A stretch of DNA of 10,177 nucleotides from contig JBMYPC010000112.1 in assembly GCA_049599895.1 (NCBI GenBank), positions 1-10,177 on the forward strand, read 5' to 3'. A program made the position numbers and the translations under genes. Source of the stretch: Bacteriovoracaceae bacterium. Its GTDB lineage: Bacteria > Bdellovibrionota > Bacteriovoracia > Bacteriovoracales > Bacteriovoracaceae. The notes below the pieces were generated by a model. The model searched no databases. It was not told the origin of the DNA and worked only from the letters and a program-made list of their open reading frames with translations. This document shows, in pieces, positions 1-5,807 of this stretch (within the stretch, counting starts at the first letter, position 1; each line of letters begins with the position of its first letter).

Positions 1-53
1 GACCGATATTTAAACTTTAGCTGGTCGATGTCCGGTCAAACGCCCGCACTCCA
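1..53 (-). mobile_element. Terminal inverted repeat of an IS3-family element that extends beyond the left edge (possibly IRL of a minus-strand copy)
   Basis: Reverse complement of 29-53 is TGGAGTGCGGGCGTTTGACCGGACA. It has a 5'-TG terminus and an internal GGACA motif as in IS3-family IRs, is GC-rich against the AT-rich surroundings, and ends exactly where DUF6445-like coding sequence begins (54). IRL versus IRR cannot be decided from the window. Confidence 0.7.
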
Positions 54-710
54 GTTCGGGAATTTTTATTAAATGCCCCGGCTTCGAGGTATAATAATAA
101 AAAACTAGGCTATCCTTCTTTCCGTTCTGATATATCATTAGACTTATCACATATAACAGATGAGTTACACGACACAATTGTAAAATACTTCCCTCGATAC
201 TTTCAAGAAACAGATGAGCTTTCCATTGATAATTTCATTTCAAATATACTTCATAAAGAGTCGCTGTTTAAAGGTTCAGAGTTGACTGTTCCTCATGTAG
301 ATTCTGTTGGTTCAGTGTTTGCGGGAGTGGTTTATTTGAATAGTAATGATGATAAAGTTTCGGGCACTTCATTTTATAGAAACAGAGCATTGAACAATAT
401 TTCTTTTATGCCGGTATCAGATCGCTCTAGAAGCTCTCTAAGTGAAGATGAGGAAAGGCAACTTGATGATATCTCATTAGAGTATGGGATAAGTTGTCCT
501 ATTGATTTTTGGAACCATAGTAGTTGCTCTGCAAATGATGAGATTTATTTTAGTGATGAAAATGATAATTGGACCAGTTGCTTGAGTGTTGAATCAAAGT
601 TTAACAGACTTATTTTTTATGAAGCAAAGCAATTTCATTCTGTTTCTGGGAAAATTGAAGATTTTTCAGATAATTTATTGCGTATTAATCAAGCACTATT
701 TTGGTCCTAA
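54..710 (+). pseudogene. DUF6445-like / 2OG-Fe(II) oxygenase-fold protein, 5'-truncated by the IS3 end
   Basis: The frame of ORF 282-710 is open upstream to the TAG at 18-20. From 54 it reads VREFLLNAPASRYNNKKLGYPSFRSDI...PHVDS...FAGVVYLN...GTSFYR...KFNRLIFYEAKQFHS...RINQALF, giving an HxD...H triad plus a C-terminal Arg. The TTG at 282 lies just before the HxD motif and is unlikely to be the native start. Confidence 0.7.
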
Positions 711-721
711 AGTTAAATTGA

Positions 722-1258
722 ATGATAGAGTTATCAGTGATTAATACTAAGAGACTGGTTATTGAACCTGTGGAGCTTTCTCATGTAGAGGGATTTCATA
801 AGATGCAGAGTGATGAAAACATGTATCGCTTTGTAGCAGAAGATGCTCTTTCGTTTGATGAAATTAAAGAAAAGCTTGAAGGGATGATCCCAAGAGTTTC
901 GCCTGACAATCCATCAATGGATTGGTTGAATTGGTGCGTCTTCAATCAAGAGTCTGATTTAATTGGTCATATAGAAGTTGCTATCTTCGATAAAGAGGAA
1001 GCTGTAATGGCGTTTATGTTTAATTCTAATTTTTGGGGCAAGGGTTATGCACTTGAGTCATGCAAAGCCGTGATTAAAGAGATTAAGAAGAAGTGCCCAA
1101 AGGTGAAGACAATAGAGCTTGAAATTGATACGTTGAATGAATCCTCTCTTAAGTTGGCTGAGAAACTTGGATTTTCAAAAATTAAAGTAAATAAAGAAGT
1201 TCAAGAAGTTAAGGGTAGAATGAGTGATGAAGCAGTTTTTACTTTACCTTTGTCTTAA
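722..1258 (+). CDS. GNAT family N-acetyltransferase (RimJ/RimL-like)
   Basis: I.TKRL.IEP N-terminus, acetyl-CoA motif FWGKGYA.E, and N.SS.KL.EKLGF motif. It starts 11 nt after the upstream stop, consistent with co-transcription. Confidence 0.9.
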   Translation: MIELSVINTKRLVIEPVELSHVEGFHKMQSDENMYRFVAEDALSFDEIKEKLEGMIPRVSPDNPSMDWLNWCVFNQESDLIGHIEVAIFDKEEAVMAFMFNSNFWGKGYALESCKAVIKEIKKKCPKVKTIELEIDTLNESSLKLAEKLGFSKIKVNKEVQEVKGRMSDEAVFTLPLS

Positions 1259-1291
1259 AACCTCTAATGATTTGTTTTTGACAGCTTAATT

Positions 1292-1456
1292 TTATTCTTT
1301 CGTTAACTTTTTAGTAAAAGCCTCTAGTGATGGTAAGCCTGTGTGAACTTTAATGATAGCCTCCTTTTTTATGGCACTACTTGAAAATTTTAAAACCGTA
1401 GTTCCTGAAATGAATGTAAATAATATCGCAAGAAATATCTCAATTATCGCACGCAT
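1292..1456 (-). CDS. Small (54 aa) putative single-TM or exported protein
   Basis: Minus strand reads GGGAGG-ACTAGC-ATG with the ATG at 1456, 1 nt after the stop of the upstream recombinase-domain gene. Hydrophobic N-terminus MRAIIEIFLAILFTFISG. This start is preferred over 1492. Confidence 0.65.
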   Translation of the reverse strand: MRAIIEIFLAILFTFISGTTVLKFSSSAIKKEAIIKVHTGLPSLEAFTKKLTKE

Positions 1457-1457
1457 G

Positions 1458-1898
1458 CTAGTCCTCCCTTTTCTTAAGCTCTCGCTTAACAATGTTTTTT
1501 ACTGTCGATGGATACCATGACCCACCGAGCTTAGTTGGTATGTTTTTATCGTTTAAGTATTCAGAGATTCGTTTGAATGAATAACCCTTTTTTCGAAGGG
1601 AAATCATCTTTTCAATTACCTTTTGTTCACCCTTATGAACAACACGCTTAATCCCAATAAGCTTTTCACCGAAGCGAAGAGTTGGTGCTTTCACTTCTTC
1701 TTTTTTGAATCCAAGGGCACGAGTTGCATCACTTATTGAAGAGCGAGACCAGCCTGTTAATTTTGAAATTTCATAGCTAGAAAGGTCTTTTTCTAAGTAC
1801 AGTTTCCGCAAAAGTTCTGAATTTTGGATAGGTTTATTGAAGAAATGTACTATGATTACAGGTACATAATGTGGGGAGCTACAGAGTTCGTGTAGCAT
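1458..1898 (-). CDS. HTH + serine-recombinase DNA-binding 'Recombinase' domain protein, lacking a catalytic resolvase domain
   Basis: N-terminal HTH (LRKLYLEKDLSSYEISKLTGWSRSSISDA), then the pattern FG...EQKVIEKMISLRKKGYSFKRISEYLNDKNIPTKLGGSWYPSTVKNI typical of the large serine recombinase Recombinase domain. SD GGAGG (1910-1906) lies 7 nt before the ATG at 1898. No YxRxS catalytic motif. Confidence 0.8.
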   Translation of the reverse strand: MLHELCSSPHYVPVIIVHFFNKPIQNSELLRKLYLEKDLSSYEISKLTGWSRSSISDATRALGFKKEEVKAPTLRFGEKLIGIKRVVHKGEQKVIEKMISLRKKGYSFKRISEYLNDKNIPTKLGGSWYPSTVKNIVKRELKKRED

Positions 1899-1945
1899 TG
1901 TCGAACCTCCACCAAGTTAATCTTAAAAAGCTCCACTTCCGGAGC
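1873..1945 (+). other. tRNA-Ala/tmRNA-like 3' end (CTCCACCA) with hairpins; candidate attachment junction
   Basis: GGGG (1873-1876) can pair with CTCC (1907-1910), followed by ACCA. Internal inverted repeats are GCTACA/TGTAGC (1878-1883/1891-1896) and GTTCG/CGAAC (1886-1890/1902-1906). A downstream hairpin AAAAA-GCTCC-ACTTCC-GGAGC (stem-loop 1930-1945) lacks a U-tract. Confidence 0.4.
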
Positions 1946-2407
1946 GTATTAAGAAAAATTAATAATCAAGAGTCTCAAGATGTAATAGCTACCAAGAAAA
2001 GCTACAGCACTTTGAAAAGTGATATGTCCAATTTGATTAAAGAGTTAACATGGCAAGACTTTGAAGTTTTAATTGACCTGATCTTTACTCAAGCAGGCTG
2101 GCAAAGGGTATCTTCTGTAGGGAAGACAATTAAAACACTTGATTTGGACTTAAAAGCACCTGTAACAGGAGAGAAATGTTTAGTTCAGATTAAATCTAGC
2201 TCCAACAACAAAGAGTTATCAGAATATCTCAAAAGATTTGAGTCTATGGATCAATATGACAAATTTTATTATGTTTGCCATACCTTTAAAGGCGAACCTC
2301 CTAAACTGGAGAGCGAATCTCGACTTAAGTTGATGTTTGTAGATCAGGTAGCAGAACTTGCCATTGATTCAGGTCTTTCAAAATGGATTATTTCCAAAGT
2401 TTCTTGA
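1946..2407 (+). pseudogene. Mrr-like PD-(D/E/Q)xK restriction endonuclease, C-terminal domain only (5'-truncated)
   Basis: L.WQDFE.L.DLIF.QAGW.RVS.VG...KTLDL...VQIKS matches the Mrr catalytic-domain pattern (D...QxK). The first ~25 codons of ORF 1871-2407 run through the hairpin region without an RBS, and protein-like sequence begins at VLRKIN (1946). Confidence 0.7.
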
Positions 2408-2480
2408 TCTTTAAAGTTGAAAACTATTTATAGTTTTGGATAACTACTTCTATAAAATAGTTGTTTGGGAAAAATATTGA

Positions 2481-2516
2481 CAGGCCAAGTTGGAAATATA
2501 TTCCGGCCTTGACCTG
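2481..2516. terminator. Stem-loop between convergent genes, probable intrinsic terminator
   Basis: CAGGCCAAG-TT-GGAA-ATATA-TTCC-GGC-CTTGACCTG imperfect inverted repeat, with a minus-strand T-run a few nt downstream (plus-strand AAAAA near 2470-2474). Confidence 0.6.
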
Positions 2517-2524
2517 AAAATGGT

Positions 2525-2644
2525 TTATTTTGAGAGAAGAGTTGACTCAAGTTCTTGATCAACTTCTTCTATATTGTCGATATTCTCTAAAACTTGATTG
2601 CTAGGATCAGCGACGAAAGACTCAGGCTTATAGATTTTCTCAGA
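2525..2644 (-). pseudogene. Start-less 39-codon acidic frame (3' remnant of another gene, or frameshifted tail of 2587-2880)
   Basis: Reads SEKIYKPESFVADPSNQVLENIDNIEEVDQELESTLLSK*. It is bounded upstream by an in-frame TAA (2645-2647), has no start codon, and ends 8 nt before the terminator-like hairpin. Confidence 0.45.
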
Positions 2645-2880
2645 TTATGAGTAACTTTTTTAGAATAAAAGTTTTCGGAAAATGACTTAATAGTGATTTC
2701 TCCCACCAAACAGGAACTTCGTTTTTCAAATTCCAGCTTGAATGAGCACTGTGATGGACATTTTTCTTTTAGTAAGTCCATTTTCTTTTTAATCTTTTGG
2801 TACTGGGTTTGATTTAATTCAATACCAAAGTAAGTAACGGTTGGATCATTTGAGATTTGCGAGTCTCTTTTCATCAACAT
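2587..2880 (-). CDS. Hypothetical protein with an HPF/RaiA (S30AE)-like fold pattern; C-terminus possibly corrupted
   Basis: Strong SD AAGGAGG-CTTT-ATG. The pattern VTYFGIELNQTQYQKIKKKMDLL...FKLEFEK...GEITIKS...FYSKK parallels the HPF beta-alpha-beta-beta-beta order. The last ~18 aa look like off-frame sequence. Confidence 0.6.
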   Translation of the reverse strand: MLMKRDSQISNDPTVTYFGIELNQTQYQKIKKKMDLLKEKCPSQCSFKLEFEKRSSCLVGEITIKSFSENFYSKKVTHNLRKSISLSLSSLILAIKF

Positions 2881-3046
2881 AAAGCCTCCTTGTGTTAGTT
2901 TGATGGTAGAAACAACTTCTACTTTCTAACGAAGGCTTAGACTCAAAATGGAATAACAGGTTGATAAAAAGTCCTAATTCCTACCAAATAAGTCTGAAAC
3001 CTAAGCGGTTGAAAATAGAAGGTTTTACCTCTGTCATTTTATAAAA

Positions 3047-3071
3047 TGGTACTTAAAAATTTATCGTCAAG
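3047..3071 (-). promoter_or_regulatory. Putative promoter (RpoH/sigma32-like format) for the leftward gene
   Basis: Minus strand reads CTTGAC (3071-3066), 14 nt, TACCA (3051-3047), the same format as the plus-strand copy. Confidence 0.5.
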
Positions 3072-3100
3072 ATTAGATTAAATTTTTTTTTATTTCGTAC

Positions 3101-3125
3101 CTTGACAAATTTTTATCAGATACCA
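3101..3125 (+). promoter_or_regulatory. Putative promoter (RpoH/sigma32-like format) for the Hsp20/ABC operon
   Basis: CTTGAC (3101-3106), 14 nt, TACCA (3121-3125), preceded by a T-rich UP-like tract. No good TATAAT at 17 nt from TTGACA. Confidence 0.5.
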
Positions 3126-3330
3126 ACATTTTAATGAAGACGGAAAAAATTGATTAGTAATTTTGAATAGATAGGAGGTTCATAACTTACTAAGAAACAA
3201 ATCAAATCTAAATGCTTAATTTTTTAATATTTTTTCAGGGCCTTAGGCCTTTAATTTGTAAAGAGAGACTAGGTATATATTTTTGTTTTGTGGGTGCTCT
3301 CTTTGCGTAATTGATAACAAGGAGTGCAAG

Positions 3331-3660
3331 ATGATTTCTCCACAGAGTGATATAACACGAATCAAACAAGTTCGACTTTTTAATATTTATATAAATAATC
3401 AAGAAAAAGAAGAGCTTTCCAATATATTAAAACCAATTAAGCCAATTCTTAATTCAAACGAGAAAAATTCTATCTATGTTTTTAAAGATGGGGAGAGCAT
3501 CCATGCCGAGGCTTTAATCCAGATCGATGGAAAAATATCTAAAGCTCAATCTGTAGGAGTTTCTATTAAGGAAACTCTTAGAAAATTAGTACCGAAGACA
3601 ATCGAAAATACCTCTACTCTTAAAGGAGGATATGAAAATAACTATAAATTAGTGGGGTAA
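3331..3660 (+). CDS. Hypothetical protein (109 aa) with an HPF/RaiA (S30AE)-like fold pattern
   Basis: SD AAGGAG-TGCAAG-ATG supports a start at 3331 rather than 3283. VRLFNIYI / NNQEKEELSNILKPI / SIYVFKD / IHAEALIQIDG / KISKAQSVG / SIKETLRKLV.K follows the HPF beta-alpha-beta-beta-beta-alpha order, including an AE..I...G...A motif. Confidence 0.6.
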   Translation: MISPQSDITRIKQVRLFNIYINNQEKEELSNILKPIKPILNSNEKNSIYVFKDGESIHAEALIQIDGKISKAQSVGVSIKETLRKLVPKTIENTSTLKGGYENNYKLVG

Positions 3661-3663
3661 ATT

Positions 3664-4296
3664 ATGAAGTTATTAGAAAACAAGTTTTTTACAATTTCTT
3701 TAGCCTTTATATTAGGTGGAGTATCTACTTATTTTGTAACTGATTACATAAGGCTTAAATCAAATCAAAGTGTGTCACAGACTAAAGAAGTCAGTAAACC
3801 CAAGATTTCTATGAAACAGAATAACTTTCTGAAAAAAGACCAAGATAATGACCCTTTTGCGCAAATGGATAAAATTCACGATCAAATGAGAAAAAGAATA
3901 GATAAGGCTTTTGGTGGTAGCATGCTTGGCGGAGGTTTTCTAGGAGGAAGTCTGTTTGGAAATAGTTTTTTTGATTCTGATTCCTTTGGAGGATTTTCAT
4001 CAGATGGTATTAAGGTCGAAGAACATGAGGATGATGACTTCAAGTATGTTGAAATTCTTGCAGATGGGATTGATAAAAACTCAATTAAAATAGATATAGC
4101 CAATGGGATGATCTCTATTTCAGGAGAGATTAGAAAAACTGAGGATAATCAATCATCAGGTTCTCGCTCAATGTCGAGTTATGTTTCTAGCTTTAGTCGA
4201 AGCTTTAACATTCCTTATGGAGTGAGTGAAGAGAATGTAAAAATTGATACTGAAGATAATAAAATCGTAATCAAATTTCCTAAAGAAAGAATTTAA
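3664..4296 (+). CDS. Hsp20/alpha-crystallin family small heat-shock protein with an N-terminal TM or signal segment
   Basis: C-terminal alpha-crystallin domain (E.DD...V.I.ADGIDKNSIKIDI.NG.ISISGE...SFSRSFNIP..V....V....EDN.IVIKFPK), a DPF..M...M motif, and a hydrophobic N-terminus FFTISLAFILGGVSTYFV. Confidence 0.88.
   Translation: MKLLENKFFTISLAFILGGVSTYFVTDYIRLKSNQSVSQTKEVSKPKISMKQNNFLKKDQDNDPFAQMDKIHDQMRKRIDKAFGGSMLGGGFLGGSLFGNSFFDSDSFGGFSSDGIKVEEHEDDDFKYVEILADGIDKNSIKIDIANGMISISGEIRKTEDNQSSGSRSMSSYVSSFSRSFNIPYGVSEENVKIDTEDNKIVIKFPKERI
3910..3999 (+). repeat. Degenerate 15-bp (pentapeptide) tandem repeat inside hsp20
   Basis: FGGSM-LGGGF-LGGSL-FGNSF-FDSDS-FGGFS: six units, four beginning TTTG at the DNA level. 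Confidence 0.6.
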
Positions 4297-4320
4297 GGTT
4301 GAAAATAAGGAGGTTAAGCA

Positions 4321-5058
4321 ATGCTTGAAGTTAATTCAATCTCAAAGAAATTTGGTGATTTTCAGGCCGTAAGTAAGGTTAGCTTTAAGGCCAAGCAAGG
4401 AGAGGTTCTAGGGTTTTTAGGGCCTAATGGTGCAGGGAAATCTACCACTATGAAAATGATAACTGGCTTTCTTGATGCCACTGAAGGAGATGCAACGATC
4501 TGTGGGAAATCTATTCAAGATGAGACACTCGATGCTCAAAGAAATCTTGGATATGTTCCTGAAAATGCTCCACTTTATGAAGAGATGTTTGTTCGTGAGT
4601 TTCTTGAGTTTGTGGCTAAAATGCGTGAAGTTGAAGACTCTTTAATTGAAGAGAGGGTCAATAAAGTTATTAAGATGTGTGCTCTTGAAGAAGTAGAATT
4701 TCAAAAATTAGAAACTCTATCAAAGGGTTTTAAAAGAAGAGTTTCATTGGCCCAATCATTAGTGCATGATCCAAAGGTTCTGATATTGGATGAACCGACT
4801 GATGGACTTGACCCTAATCAAAAACACGATGTTAGAGAACTTATAAAAGAGCTAGCTAAAGAGAAGTGCATTCTTATTTCTACTCATATATTAGAAGAAG
4901 TTGAAGAAGTTTGCGATAGATGCATCATTATAGGCGAAGGTGAAAAGCTATTTGAAGGTACTCCAAGTGAATTAAAGTCAAAGTCAGATAAAGGGCGAAT
5001 TCAAGATGTGTTTAGAGTCATTACTACAGGTAGTGAACTTCAGGGGGTGGCGATATGA
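4321..5058 (+). CDS. ABC transporter ATP-binding protein (GldA-like, ABC-2 type)
   Basis: Walker A GPNGAGKST, signature LSKGFKRR, Walker B ILDEPT.GLD, H-loop STH. SD AAGGAGG upstream. Confidence 0.95.
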   Translation: MLEVNSISKKFGDFQAVSKVSFKAKQGEVLGFLGPNGAGKSTTMKMITGFLDATEGDATICGKSIQDETLDAQRNLGYVPENAPLYEEMFVREFLEFVAKMREVEDSLIEERVNKVIKMCALEEVEFQKLETLSKGFKRRVSLAQSLVHDPKVLILDEPTDGLDPNQKHDVRELIKELAKEKCILISTHILEEVEEVCDRCIIIGEGEKLFEGTPSELKSKSDKGRIQDVFRVITTGSELQGVAI

Positions 5059-5801
5059 TGAGTAAATCTGTTAAGCACCTCTTTATAAAAGAATTTACAA
5101 GTTATTTTAAAACCCCTTTAGGATATGTTTTTTTAGTCATATTTTTATTTGGTATAGGTTATTTAACCTTTGAACCGGGCCGAGGAAGTTTCTTCTATAT
5201 GCGAGAAGCCTCTATGAGTTCCTTCTTTAGATACATCCCTTGGATGTTTCTCTTTTTAATTCCTGCCGTTAGCATGAGACTTTGGTCTGATGAAAGAAAA
5301 TCTGGAACTATAGAGCTTCTATTAACTATGCCAGTAACAGTAAAAGAAGCTGTGATTGCTAAGTTTTTAGCGTCATGGGCATTTATTGGAGTGGCATTAG
5401 CAGGAACATTTCCGATGGTTCTAACCGTTGTCTACTTGGGAAATCCCGATCTTGGCGTGGCCTTTCTAGGTTATATCGCTTCTTTTCTTATGGCCGGAGC
5501 GCTTCTTGCCGTAGGGGGATTTTTCTCGGCCTTAACTAAGAACCAAGTTATTAGTTTTATATTAACGGTTTGTGTGAGTTTCTTACTCATTATGGCAGGG
5601 TCGCCTCCAATATTAGAGTTTATATCAGCATTTTCGCCAAAATATCTCGTAGATTTATTTGAATCACTGAGTGTTTTAAATCACTTTGACTCAATAGAAA
5701 GAGGTGTTTTTAGTATGAGTAATTTGTGGTTTTTTGCAGTGATGATTACTTGTTGGTTGTACGGAAATATTATTCTTTTAAATGAGAATAAGGCTAATTA
5801 G
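5055..5801 (+). CDS. ABC-2 type permease (GldF-like)
   Basis: KE..SYF.TP.GYV, PA.SMRLWS.ERKSGT.ELLLT.P, KFLA, SALTKNQ motifs and about six hydrophobic segments. ATGA overlap with the ATPase stop. Confidence 0.93.
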   Translation: MMSKSVKHLFIKEFTSYFKTPLGYVFLVIFLFGIGYLTFEPGRGSFFYMREASMSSFFRYIPWMFLFLIPAVSMRLWSDERKSGTIELLLTMPVTVKEAVIAKFLASWAFIGVALAGTFPMVLTVVYLGNPDLGVAFLGYIASFLMAGALLAVGGFFSALTKNQVISFILTVCVSFLLIMAGSPPILEFISAFSPKYLVDLFESLSVLNHFDSIERGVFSMSNLWFFAVMITCWLYGNIILLNENKAN

Positions 5802-5807
5802 GAGTAC

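Noticed and set aside
1873..1914. A complete tRNA or tmRNA gene
   Set aside because: Only 42 nt with no D or anticodon arm and only 4 acceptor pairs. Kept only as a tRNA-like or att candidate.
1871..1945. GTG start at 1871 for the nuclease ORF
   Set aside because: No SD, overlaps the start of the opposite-strand gene, and runs through hairpins.
2420..2462. AT-only inverted repeats (AAAACTA-TTTA-TAGTTTT) after the nuclease stop
   Set aside because: Short and AT-rich, so expected by chance at this base composition.
2894..2930. Integron attC site (GTTAG...CTAAC)
   Set aside because: The boxes are in the opposite order to RYYYAAC...GTTRRRY, the element is too short, and no integron integrase or cassette array is visible.
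3283..3330. TTG start at 3283 adding a Cys-rich N-terminus (MFCGCSLC)
   Set aside because: The ATG at 3331 has a well-spaced AAGGAG, so the Cys cluster is probably untranslated.
3809..4103. Minus-strand ORFs 3809-4000 and 3882-4103
   Set aside because: Antisense shadows of the well-supported hsp20 gene, with no recognisable motifs.
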